Positions 43,701 through 56,740 of a stretch of DNA of 64,000 bases are shown here, piece after piece. The stretch comes from Yuukianura sp. NJ FZ-2021 (Eukaryota): contig JAJCTO010000012.1 of NCBI GenBank assembly GCA_046563655.1, forward strand, positions 62,001 to 126,000, written 5' to 3'. Position 1 is the stretch's first letter; every line of letters begins with the position of its first letter. The notes below the pieces were generated by a model that made no database searches, was not told the origin of the DNA, and worked only from the letters and a program-made list of their open reading frames with translations. Made by a program: the position numbers and the translations under genes.

Positions 43701-46522
43701 TTTACTGATATTATTCCGCTTAATTCTGTCAAGCCTATAACGTAAAACATTTACAAATCTAACAACAATAAGGCGCAAGTAACCAGTCGGTTAACCAGTT
43801 TTTTTATTCATCGGTTATCAAATCCGGTTAATCTCTGGAAATATATCGAAACTCGTGGCCATTTACTGTCTACCGATGCTCCTATTATTGGGGAAGTTTG
43901 GGAGGAGTGTTTTCTTTCTTCTTATTTCTTTCTTCGATGCACCGTCGAATGTACATTTCCATTTTTGGTGGTCTGATGCACATTTTGACGCAATCAAAGC
44001 ATTATGACCGAATTTTAATTTTCTTGCAAACCGGGAAATGTGGGTTTCAGAAGGAGGCAGGCGGCACAGCATTGTCGCCATTAGACGCTCCGTTACGCAG
44101 TATTGAGCGGCAACCTATTGAGTGTAACCTTCACACAGAAATATGGTCAGAAGAATGGTCCCACGCCCTTCCAATGTCTTCAGAGTTACCTTCGCTTCCT
44201 CCTAAACTTACCTCGTGTCTATCCGGACTCCACTCCTCATAAATCTGGGCAACAGACTCCAGAGCTTTCTCAGTTGTTAGGAAGCACGCGAACACGTAGG
44301 ATCACTAAAACACCAGATCGCCTTACCCATTCCAAGTTTTGAGTTGGCCACAAGAATTTTGGTTTTAGTTTTAACTCGTATTTCACTCTCTAGTGTGAAT
44401 GTGAATGTTCATAATTTAAGTCCAAATTATCAATTTAGTTTTAGTGTTAGTCTAACCCTTGTTCATTTACAACTGTATCATCGCAAGGCAGCGACCACAA
44501 CATGCGACTTCTACTCGTCGAGATAATCCTTCTTCTCCGCATCTCCACGATCAATTGTGCGCTTCCTTCCGCCGCAGCTGAAGCATTACATCGTGTTTAC
44601 TTTTCATCGTTAGCTCCAAAGCAACCTACATTCTAACCCTGTGACCCCTACGTTGGATCCTTTGCTTTTCGCCTTCCAGCAACGCCTACATGCGAATTGC
44701 CTGAACTTGTCACTCCGACTCGAATTGTGTCCACGATTTGGATCCATTACCAACAGTCCATCTGCGAGCGCCTCACTTTGTTTCACGATGTAGTCAGTTT
44801 ACCATCCCACTGTCCATCTCATTTTCACCTGCGCTATTCGTCCATCGGAATAGTTGTTTGTCGTGTCTACAATGGAAGAGACCGAGCAGCTTGATTAGTC
44901 AACGGTGGACTCCATTGATACTACTGTGAAATGCAGCAAGCCGCTCTGTTCACATCTTCGCAGACCCGACACATAACGATGACATACGACCAACTTTCTG
45001 AACCCAAACTCTCAAATTCGTCTCACATACAAAGGCCCCGAACCAGTTTCCCAAACCACAATCCATCCACATAACCGTCGTCATATCAAGTGGAGAACTA
45101 GACCTCACTACAGCTGCTCAGTCGTGATCTGCGGATCCGTCCAACGACCAATTTCTTCATCCAATTTCTTTTAAGAACACAACGGCCTGCTCTATCCTTG
45201 TTCTAACCATCCACAATCAACCGCTCAACAAATATACAAAAAACAAACAAAATCCACAAAGCATACTTAAAAATGTGTTTGGACACTTGTGGGTACCCTA
45301 ATGATAACCGAGAAATCCATCAAACGTAAACAAACAGTTTTCGAAAAGTAAAACATACACATACAGCTCTAATTTAGTGTAGATTTATTTCCAATCCTTG
45401 AATTTCTTTCATGTTTCACAATACTTTGCTTTTCTTCATTACGTCTTATACAATGTTTTTTCTCTGTTCGGTTTAAGTAATTCATTGTCATTACTAACAC
45501 TTACCCTATTCACGTTATCTTTTTTTTCCCCTCTTTAATTCGTACATTCTCTCTACAAAATAACATATCATCATTTGACAGTGGTATGCCTGTGCTTACA
45601 ACTTTTAAAACTTTTTCTTTCTATGTTCGTAATCTATTTGTAGCTATGTAGTAAAATACATATCCTGTAATCCAACATTGTATTGACATATATATTATTT
45701 GAATGTTGTACGAATCATAGTCAAAATAGTCAAAAAACACATAAAAATATCAAAATGTTAGCATATTGAGCTATGACTTTTGTAAACAGACTCTGTTCAA
45801 ATTCCTTTGACAGGAATTTCGCTGTGACCCGGGGAATATGTGAGTAACCCCGCCGGGCGGGATTACTCACTTCGTCTCCAAGCATAGGTATGTGACGGCT
45901 CTCGGGATGAGGCTATGATCTCAGTCATATCCCGATGGTCAGTCAGTGAGTGGTGAGCGCTTGGTCGAGGAGGAACTATCTTCCAGATGGTTCCTCTTCC
46001 GACCGAGAGTCACGGCGGAGTCCAGCCACTGGAGTAGGGAGATTCTAGAGACAATAAAGGAACGTAGCCACACTTTGCCTTCGTCTACGACTTTCCTTTG
46101 ACAGCATTCAGCCATATTCCTCAGCCACGATTCTTAGAGCTGGCACCCAGGGCCTGCGCCACCTCGGTGGTCTTCGGACCTGGGCACAGAGGTCGATGAA
46201 CCAGTGGACCGCCGACCAAGCGGCGACGTGTGTGACCCATGTCCAGGTTCACCCTGGCTGGGAGGTCACAGATGCCTATCCATCGACTGACGTACAAAGA
46301 TGCGTCACCCGCTCTACTTCCATCTCCATCCAGTATGTCCGCCACTTCCTCTCACTTTCAACCGCCAGCTTCCGCACACTTCCTCTTCAGCCTCGTCAAT
46401 TTCTGCAATTATGGACACAGTCGTCACCTTGCCATACAGGTACGTTTTTCGATTATTTCCAGGAATTCACCACTGATTCTCATCCTGAGAAAATTCTAAT
46501 ACGATCTTGTTTTTTTTTTCAG

Positions 46523-46787
46523 GTACGACTTCTATCTGGTTGCCGCCACTGCTCGCCAAGGCACCGTGAGTCCCTGCTCCTACACCATCATCCACGACAC
46601 GTCCAGCCTCGATGCCGACAAGATCCAGCGACTAACGTACAAGATGTGTCACCTCTACTTCAACTGGTCTGGCAGTGTAGCAGTCCCTGCACCGTGTCAA
46701 TACGCCCACAAGCTCGCCTACTTGGTTGGAATCGCACTCGGAGCAACACCCAACGCCTCTCTCCAGCATCTGCTGCGCTTCCTCTGA
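46523..46787 (+). pseudogene. piwi: Piwi-clade Argonaute terminal exon with an intact frame
   Basis: After a T-tract-CAG acceptor: YDFYLVAATARQGTVSPCSYTIIHDTSSLDADKIQRLTYKMCHLYFNWSGSVAVPAPCQYAHKLAYLVG...LRFL*. Confidence 0.93.
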
Positions 46788-49700
46788 ACTCCGCCACCTA
46801 CCGGACGCATCTTCAGCCACGCCATTTTCTACGTTCTACCTAGTTTTCTGCTTTTTCGTTTTCTGTTAAATTAACTTGAAGGCTCCTTCTGAGCTGGTTC
46901 TTTGCCGTAGTATTTTGTGTATATTGTACATAGTTATTTCTGCCCTAGTTATTTAGCTGCTTTATCGATAACTAGTATTTACTTTTTTTTGTTACACTGT
47001 ACATACTTCCGTAGCCACTTTCTATTATATAGCCACTCTAAAAATTGGCCTCCGTGTTCAGTCTCTTTTCTTCCATCTTTTCATTTGTCACCACACTGTC
47101 AGCGATTCCATTTTCGTTCGTGGGACAAACCATTGGCTTTTGTCTCCCACACTGTCAGCGATTCCATTCCAGCGTCTTTGTCATACATCTTTTTCTTCCA
47201 ACGCTTCAGCTTCGGGTGTCGAAGGCTCTTGGTTCTACTTGTTCGTGGGAAAAACCGTTGGGTTTTCCTCTCACATTGTCAGCAATTATTCTTGTTTCAA
47301 CCAAATGCATGACTTGGGTTCAGATTCAGAACGACTCCAATTCTAGACATCAAACGCTGAGAGAAATTTTCTAGATAGTAAATGGGAAGTTTGTCGGTTG
47401 AATTTTTTAATACTAGTTGTCATTTCTATTTTCACGAGATATTTCCTGGAAGAAATTACAAAGTATCAAATAACCTTGATCTAAAAAAAATTAAAAACAG
47501 GGTTTGAAGTTATTTCACTTTAAAATTGCCGCGTCCTTCGCTATGTACGAACACGCTGTACGAACGAAAGTATATCCTTAATGCTAAGTAATAGAAGACT
47601 ACAATGCGCAGCAATTGAGCGGTTTGGAAGCGATTCGAGCAATAACAGTCTGACCACCAATTCTTTCTCCGTCCAACGTAAAGTAGCCTTGATTTCCGCC
47701 TGCAGAATAAATAGAAAACTCTTTCACCACGATGTAGACCGCTCCAGGAACATCAATATGTGTGCCTGCAAGGAATTAGAGCAGAATGTTACCTGATTAT
47801 GTTAGTGACAACCGCAACATTTGAAAAGACGACAAGTCAAACAAGGACAGGAAACAGAAAAAGTCTCCTCTCCCTTCGAACACAGTACGAGAATCTGTTC
47901 AGAGTGAAAGTGAAAGCGATTCCTAACTCATTCATGATCCGAACTGTTTCCCATTGGACAAGTACAGCATGGATGATACCTATATCACGTAAAAAATTAA
48001 AACCAAAGTCGTTCAAATTTTCAAACTAAAGTCGTTGCTTTTGAAATTTTTTACAAAGTCAAGTGAGGTGTCTCAGATAGCACTCCCAATATAAACTCCC
48101 AAGAATACAAAAAATTTTTGAGTTGGGGTTATGGTCAGGTTGAAGTTAGAATTAGAAAAGTTTCGTTTATGCTGCGCCATGGGTACTTTGTACGAGAAAA
48201 CGGAGGCAAACTTATGAGTTGGCATTTGGAGGCCTTTGAGAGAAAGTTAGGTCTCATCATGGTACATTTGTAAGTGTGTGCACAGGCGACCAGAGTACCA
48301 GAGTAAGAAATTAGGCTAAAACTAACTTTTCTCAGTGATGGGATGATGGGAACAACGTGAAGTTTTTGGATGAGGTCAACCCTGATTTTCCCCAGGAGAA
48401 AGAGACTTCATGATTTGACGGGTCATGAGAAATCGTCTTAAGCTACATATAAGGAGAATCAGTAGAAAAGGAAAATTTTGAAAAATTAAACAAGAAACTG
48501 AGAAATTTAGAGCTAGAATTAGAATACAATGCAACTGTTTACAAAGCTGTAAACGAAACAAAAAATATGTTACTTTCAACATCAAAAGACAACAGATAAT
48601 GATGGTTTGATGCTAAAGTAGCATTTTGAGATCACCGTTCTTTGGCAGCATGAAAAAAATTTGACGATTGCTTCGACGAGTGCTAACACAATGAGACTTG
48701 AAGAAAACTGCAGAGTGCTTTGAACAAGAGCAGTCTTTTCAGTCTGGTCAAGTCATTTCACGGCCTATCCGATTAGCTGAAAATATTGCGCACCAACTTT
48801 GACAATTGGGAAACGTATCGAAAGAAATCATTTTTGGATCAAAAAGATGACCAAATTAAATCAATCAAAGATCAACCAGGTAGAAAAAATATTTCCTTCA
48901 ACGGCCTAATGTTTTATTAAAAGACGCAGAAAACGCAGACCAAGTCATTGTTAGGCACAATGATTTAAATGAATAATTCCACTTAATTACAAAATCAAAA
49001 TGGAAATGTTGAAGAAAAAAATTCTTAACCAAAAAAAATTTTTTAATGCGAAAAACAAAGCCTACTCGACATAACTAACAAATCGGTTGGTTTTCAATTC
49101 CTTTTTCAAAAATCAAAGAAAATGCACCAGGTTAAAAATACTAAGGACGTTCAAATACATTTTCAATGAACATCAACTTTATTTTATTTTTTTGTTTTTT
49201 TTTTTTTTCGAAATTTCAGTTTCGTTTCCGGAATTTGCCCCTCCCGCAGCACTACGTAGATTGCTTACTACCTTGAAGTGTGACATTGAAGTACGTGAGG
49301 CCAATATGGACTCCAATTGGAGACTCTTAGAGTAACTCCAATGAATTGCGAATACTATGACTTTGTGTCGACTGACGATACCGAATTGCCACTTTTAGTA
49401 AAAAATAACCCTGAGGTGTGAAATGCATATTAAATTCTAACTTCGCGGACGTAAGTGGTATCACTGACATTTGAAAATGTGTACGTTCCAAAAAATATGT
49501 ACAATCCAGCACGAGCTAGAAATACTTCCATACAAAAGTAATTCCATTTACGTGGTTTCCATCCTCGACAACTGTACGAACATTTTCAAAAAAAAAAATT
49601 TCTGAAAAAGTTTTTCAGAAAAACTAACACAACTTTGTCGGAATTTTGGCAACTTTTGGAATATGAAGCTTAGAGTGAAGCCATGTCAAAGTCGCCCCTA

Positions 49701-49799
49701 ACCAGCTTATGCACAACGATGAGTTTTGTGGAAGTCTGAGCTTCCAAAAAGTAAAAAGAAACAAACTTAAAATATGATTGGCATGATTGATATTGAAGA

Positions 49800-51785
49800 T
49801 TGGAAGGATTTCAGTTCTTGATAATAATCAGACCGATTGATGTAGAGCAGTAGCGTTACTACTTCGGTCCTGGAAACAGCGCATGTCAAAGTGTCTTTCG
49901 GTAGTTGCCGCTCCATGAGAAATGTACTTGAAAGATTACCGTTACAGTCCTAGAAATTGTTAAAAACACAATTTTGAACAAATTGTACCAAAATAGAAAT
50001 AAAAAACGTTCAATTCTTGAATGTGCTCGTACATCACAAAAGTTGATTCACATAAAGTGAATCACTTTATGTGAATCAAATTCACATAAAGTAATTAATT
50101 AGTTAATTACCAAAATCTGGAGGAATCCTTCCACACATTGATATCGGTAGCACCCGGAACCCCAATGCTGCCAATGTCTGCGCTGAATACAAGGTCGCTC
50201 TTCCCAGTCTTTCGTATGATAAAAACATCTCGCGCCCTCGCCATACTCCACCAGTGCAAAATGCTTCCCCGGTTCTATCAAATGCAAAACACCGAAAAAT
50301 AAAATTCCCAGTTCCATTGTCAATTCCAATTCAAAATGAAAGCGCTAATTTTGAAATGTGGTCTGACCGGAATTATTTTCTTCAGAAAAACAATGAGATC
50401 CTGGAATAACAACGTTGTTGGAACGCCACGTAAATTCTTGGACATATGGACAGTAATTAGCTAGACCAACTGACCCGCCTGAGAAACAAAACCAAAATTC
50501 ACACACCCACGACCAATACTCTGCTACAGTTAATAATAGAAAGTCAACAATAATCCTACCATAATAGGACGTGTTTTGATCCGCGGACAACGTTAATGTA
50601 GTATTATCAAAGTTCTTAAATTCGTTTTAAAATTCAAACAACATTTTCCAACCTTCACAACAAGGTTGACAAAACCTGACGTACTTGATATCGTTGAGGG
50701 AGGGGTTCAGGATACTTGACGAGATTACAGAGAGCTACTGAACTATAGTCATTCGTACGTTGCGTCTCCAGTGGTTCTGCTTCGATACGATTACAGTACG
50801 AAGTTGGATCAACTCCTCTAAAAATCAAATCCAAAGATATGTTTAAACACAAAAATTAAGTCATTCCTTCAAACAAGTCTCATTTTCATATATTTACTTC
50901 CATATGCAATAACCTTTCAACTGCACTTCAAATCCACTGCATGCATGACTTTTGGACGAAATTGCACCCTAACCCATGACCGCTCTGAAGCTCATGCGCC
51001 TTATAATTCGCTTTGTACCACTCAGGTCTTCCATTAAAGCCAATGTAATCCTGGAGTAGACAGACTTCATTCTAAAAACCAAAATCCACGACACCATGTC
51101 AAAATACAACTCAAGCATAAAATATTTTGGAAGAGGTCAGAGGTCAACCTCAAAAATTTTCTTCTCCCAATGCGTCAACGCCGTGCCCTCTTCCCCCTGA
51201 TCCTCCAATTCAGCTCCCTCCAAGTCATCACAGTCAAAATGACGCCGAACGTCTTTCACTACACGAGGCGTCACCATCATGTTCATTTTCCGTGTAATCC
51301 TCTCTCCATTTACTAACCAATCATTTCGCACCACTTCTCGGATCGTCGCATTGCTCCACTGACGTGCATGAATTCTAAAAATTCATAATTTTTAGAACAA
51401 CATGGCTCTATTTTTAGTACTTTGGCTTTCAAATACTTAATTGTTCATTGAGTGGTGGCTTTCCTTTGGAATATCTTGAAGTGGTTCTCCAGTTCAGTTT
51501 CATCTCGATAGAAAGCATACAGGGAGACGGAAAAACCAAGAGCATGCAGAATTTCGTGCTTGATTGTTGAAATCAAAGTATCAAGTTCTTGTGGTTTCGT
51601 GCTAATGCTCTTTGGATATAAATTGGCATGACCTTTATGCATAGAATCAATTTTTTCTTGAAACGTTTTTCCTTCAAATCCATTTCACACTCTCCATTGT
51701 CATTCATTATCATCCACGCGTCTTCATTCCAAATCCATTAAAAATATTTCCAAATAATTTACCTGCAATTGGCCTTCGCCGAACA
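49800..51785 (-). pseudogene. LMLN: Leishmanolysin-like peptidase (invadolysin, M8), multi-exon 3' fragment
   Basis: KHEILHALGFS, VTPRVV..VRRHFDC..LEGAELEDQG..GTALTHWEKKIFE, GGSVGLANYCPYVQEF, WGSGCYRYQC; the exon at about 50910-51070 is deleted and frameshifted. Confidence 0.88.
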
Positions 51786-53284
51786 AAAACACAAAATTAT
51801 TATACAAAAAAAAATTCTTGGGACTTGAGGAAAGTGGTGAGTAGACTACTGATTTACATGCTTAATTACTTTCTTCATTTCGCTTCTTAGTCTGTTAATG
51901 GCATTAGCTTAATACGGTTATTATCTTTTCTCCTTATTTTCCTCGTTTAACAGTTCATTGGGCAATTGACGAAACAAACTAATAGCTTGGATTGCTCAGA
52001 GAATCTCATTTATGAACCTCTGAAGATCTGTGCAAGTGCACGAAGCTCGCCGATTTAAACTTATTAAAAAATTATCTTTCCGTAAGAAAAAATATTGTAT
52101 CACGCTTACGTACATATCACTGCTCTCTTTCGGTTTTTAATGTTTGAGATTTTTTTGTATTATGCTAAATGGGAAAGCCACTTTTGGTTTATCGTGTAGT
52201 TAGTTGCTTTGGCTTTCCTAACTTTTAGGTTTGTACTTGTACTTTTAGTTTTTTCAAATTCGTTTTGTGGCGTACTACCTACTCGATTTGTTCGTTTTGA
52301 GAACAGTTTGGTTTATTGGTTTAATTTTTTAGGCAATTAGACACAAGTCAATTGAAGTGAATCTTAAACTAATGAAACCACTTGTTACATTGTTTCAGAG
52401 GACTCGTTAGCCAGATTGTTCCAAAACAGTAAGACTGACGTTTCAATATGCTCCCCGGTGGGACAGTAATCGGAGCAGTGACAGTAGTTATGGTTACCGT
52501 CAGCAAAACCAATGTGGCATGATTGGCGTGGAAACGGTACAAGGTCAACAGCCTAGCCATGGTGGCAAAGGGGCTGTTTTGCCACATGAAAACACTAGTA
52601 CTCCGCCACCGTATTACATTGCTGCACCTCGAGCAGCCTTCTTCCGAATCCGAGACTAGTGAGTCTTCCTTCCGTCTCCAACTTACGGGATCCGAACAAA
52701 TCAACTCCATACCAAAGCTCCAGTCACTGTTGACTACCACAATTGAACGCTGATTCACCCTTTGTCCCAGTCACTGTCCCTCCAGATCAAGATCCTTAAC
52801 TCCGTTCGCCACAAACCGATGAAACACAACCGGATGCCGGAATAGACGAACCGTGCACTGTGGAGATAACTATTTCTAAAAGTGTTACTTTAGCTAAAGG
52901 ACAAGACAAAGAAATAAAAAATAAAAAAAAGAAAAAAACAACCGACACGACGCCGTTCTTAAAAGTTTAACAACCTATTTTTACAACCTAACTCGAAAAA
53001 AAGTTCCAAGAATCCGGAATCCTAGTTTTCAAAATTTCAGCTTATTTTTTCGGTATAAAATCCATGAACGAGGTTCACTTCAACTTCAGATCCCTCTGAA
53101 ATCTAACCTAGAACTCATGGGCCAATCAAAATTTTAGCCATAACTGGTTTATCTATTTAAAAACTTCGTTAGTTTCAGCCCGTATTCCGAGAATGTCATC
53201 TCAGAATTTTTTAACACTTCCACAAAAGGTAATTTTGTATTTTAAAAAAACTTTTAGCTAAAAGTTAACGTTTCTGCAAGCAGC

Positions 53285-54560
53285 TAAACTTTCTTCTCGT
53301 TTGGTCTAGATTTTAAACATTGCGTTTACTTATCTGGACACTATAAGGAGTTGCTCACAGTTCGTCAAGTTTCTAAGCTGTTAAACGTTACAGCATGCTA
53401 TATTGGAAGACGTCGAAGACTAGCATTACGTTTGCGTAGGCAGTCAATTAATTATTACCCTTACAGAATTTGACAGCAACGGGAATTTAACCCCATTTCC
53501 ATCAGAAACATACTACCTCACTACCGTCATGAAGATGGAATACGGTTTGTTGAGGTATTTCGTGACCGGATCAACTCTTTAGTGATCGACGTGTATTATG
53601 ACAGCTGGCAACATCTTATAAATCTGCTAGCACTGCTTCCAAATTTGGAGAAACTCAGCGTCAAGAGACCTCTAGATGATGGTGGAGTTACACCATACGA
53701 CGTTGAATATTCCTTTCGTAGGGTACTCCTAGCCAAACTGAAGGCATTTAAACTTACTGTGTGGCAAAACGGCGAAAGGACATAAATGTGTCACCATTAC
53801 TGCAACACGTCCTTGCCACGTCACAAGCAATGAACCGTGTGGAAGCCGACATACCGGTACCCAATGACATGAATGGTAACACGCGTTTTCTGGAAGCAAT
53901 TACGACGCTGTTGGAGTCCAATATTAAAAATATTGTTTTGAAGTTGATCTATGAACAAAACACAGCCCTTTGGAATTCGATCTCCAGCATTCAACCCGCC
54001 TTAAACGTTAAACAACTTTTGATAAAAGTTTTTATTCATGAAGAGGTTGACTTTGTTCAACTGAACAACTTCATAACGGTTTGTACGTCGCTCTCAAAAT
54101 TTGACTTGGAAATTGAGACTTTTGTGTCAAAAGTCAACAATAAAAACCAGTTTCCTCGATTCAATACGCTCGCAAGTCTATCACTGAAGGCGAACAGCTT
54201 TGCAACCTAACAGTTATGCCTTACGCCGTTTGTCTCAAGTCAATTTAATACATTGAGAAGCGTGGAGCTGATGCTGAGTAGTGAGTGGCGTATTAACGCA
54301 GAAAATTTGACTGGAATTTTTGAAGATGAATTTCCAACAGTAACATCGCTATACATGGAAAAATATGGTGGCTCAACGACCGTAGCAAGCACATTTCCGA
54401 ACATTACCGTTTTAGCAGTAACAGTCAACTGCAAAGCACTATCTTCAACGAACTAGACAAATTGGACAAACTTCGACTAACTCTGTGGGATCCCTCCGAA
54501 AATAACGCTGCTCTTTGCAAATTTTCAAAATTTATGGAGGAATCCAAGCTAGGTTAGACT
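53285..54560 (+). pseudogene. F-box/LRR-like protein pseudogene
   Basis: F-box-like ILNIAFTYLD..KELLTVRQVSK and LRR-like LPNLEKLSV, LASLSL, FPNITVLAV, broken by stops and frameshifts. Confidence 0.6.
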
Positions 54561-56024
54561 ACAAATTCAAATTCCATGCAATTTATATTCATAACTATTA
54601 ATGCAAAATTTATATTTTTTCAACTTAAAACAGGTTTTCCACACAACTTTCATTTTTTCCCCAAAATCACAAACTACGCTCAACTTTTGGAAAGTATGTA
54701 GTAATAAAATTTAATGGATTTTCATAACACTGCTCCTTAAAATATCATGGATTTTCTGTTGCTTATGCTTGTTCACCTCAGATTTCTTTTTTAACATCAA
54801 GTTGTTATGCATTCTGAGTAGAAACACAATTAAAGTTTCCAAAAAACACGAGAATTACGAAACCAAAGTGGATTCACCTGTAGCTTTACAAAGTTCACCA
54901 AAATCTGCATAATTGCCGAAAAAAAATGACTGTGTGAAATGTTGCAACTCCAATGTGCAAAATTTGAGAATTTTACTTTTTGAACCACTTTTTGCAAAAA
55001 CTGAAAAAGTTTTTTGTACTTTAGAAAAGTTTTTCGGAAAGTGAATGCGTGGTTATATGTCCATTAGGGAGCAAATCGCTTAAGCGTTTCTAATGATCTT
55101 CCCAGCCGCTGTTTCCCGAAATTGCAGTTCTTAAATTGATGGAGTCTGGATGGAGATGAGTTTGGATTAGAGCGCGCCTTTTCAAATCCATGCGTTTATT
55201 ATGCCCATGTCAAACAAGAAAGTACCCCGTCGGAACAAAGTTTCCGAAAACACACGGAAATCTGGAAGGTGTTTCATGATGGAAACCCGCATACTTATCT
55301 CTCACTTACTTGTTCAAATTCCGTTAATTTATTCATAAACTTAAATGAAGTACGCAAAACCCCTTGCAAACTTTTTTTTTCAAAATTCCGGACAAACGGA
55401 GCTCTGAGTTAAGCTTTTGATTGTATTTGGCTGATTCGTCCACTGGGACTGCATCTCATTGTATTTTTTCACTTTTTTGGGGGCTCACGAGATGACAATA
55501 CTGTGGTCTGCAAAGTGGTCTGCAATTTTTTGAATTTTTCAACAAGAAAAGTTTGTGTGGAAAGAGATTTGCGTATTGCGTGTGACTAAAAATTTGCAGA
55601 AGAACCCAATTGGTTGATAATGCTCAACGGAAGTTTAAATTTGAATTTGCGGCAAAAGCGGAATTGTGAGGGATCGTGTGACCCAGTTGCCCAGTTCTCA
55701 TGAAGAATTCAGGAGATTTTGAAGAAAAATTAACAAGAACTTAGCAAGTCAACTTCCTGAAATGTTGAAGACAGAATTTCAATTGAAATTAGTACGCCAA
55801 ACAAGGAAATTGAATTAAACTACAGGTCGAGTCCGTTCAGTTCAGTGGGATTCAGATACTTGGTGGTTTGCAATGAAGATGGAGGTGGTGGAGGCGGTAT
55901 TTTCGGTGGAATTTTGGGAGGAGGTGGGTTTTTGGGTGGAGGTGGAATTCCTTTGGGTGATGCGCTGGGTTCTGCCATACAGCCAGCACATTCTGTCCCA
56001 CCTTCAAATTGTTGTCAAATCAAA

Positions 56025-56740
56025 GCCAGCCAGTGGACTTAACTGGTGACGTAGTTCCTGTCTGCCTACCAACTGACCCCACTGGAACCTACCTTAAGAA
56101 AACAGCTACAGTTAGTGGGTAAGGGTCAAATTCCCGACTAGAACGGGAATCGTAGAACGGGAAATTCCCCGACTGTAGCATAATTTCACAACTTATTTTT
56201 AAGTTATTACTATACCTTAATTTTGAAAACGTGGCTTGAACTATTTCCAGATGGGGTACAACTTCCGAAGGTAAAACTATTTGTTAATTTTTAATTCCCT
56301 TATAAACGTGTTTTAAACAAAATTCTAAATTTTTGCCAGCATTATGGCTCTTCAAGTTCCGGTATTCATACGGGATTGTTTATTCATCCTTAGTAGGTGG
56401 AATGCTGTCTCGCTTTCTTTTAAAAGCCGACGTCGATGTAATAGGGAATGACCAGTGCTCACTGATTTATCTAGTGGTTGTCACTTCGCGCATGGTCTGT
56501 GCTTACAGGGACAAGACGGACGCTTGCCAGGTACAGAGTAAAAATGGACTGATTCTATTCTAACTTACACTAACATGAAGCCATTTTTTTTTTCTCAGGG
56601 TGACAGTGGTGGACCATAGGTCCACCTCCATGCCTATAAGTTCAAACAGTTCAAACGTTCAAGTATGAGAAGAGATCCAAGTGTCAAAGTCATGTCCTTC
56701 GCAAAGTACACGCAAATTGGAATAGTTAGTTGGGGTACGG
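56025..56740 (+). pseudogene. Trypsin-family serine protease C-terminal fragment
   Basis: VVPVCLP..ATVSG, MVCAY..TDACQ / intron / GDSGGP then stop, TQIGIVSWG. Confidence 0.88.

Larger units (their letters stand above)
36903..46270 (+). mobile_element. 9368-bp non-autonomous LTR retrotransposon with intact gag and vestigial pol
   Basis: 432-bp LTRs (36903-37334, 45839-46270) with TG..CA ends and 2 visible differences; 5-bp TSD GATGC; PBS; PPT GGGGAATA. Confidence 0.95.
34726..47290 (+). pseudogene. Piwi-derived chimeric locus, right copy (34726-36902 plus 46271-47290), interrupted by an LTR element
   Basis: Same 5' module, penultimate exon and intron, Piwi terminal exon and 3' region as the left copy, in opposite orientation. 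Confidence 0.8.

Noticed and set aside
43860..45200. Possible decayed env in the gag-only element
   Set aside because: No signal peptide, furin site or TM segment could be assembled
48330..48880. Exon-like coding remnants
   Set aside because: Stops in all frames examined and no family recognised
52369..52860. Possible first exon of invadolysin
   Set aside because: Hydrophobic stretch only; no matching motif
55845..56020. Gly-rich/Pro-rich ORF
   Set aside because: Low complexity; neither strand nor product can be assigned
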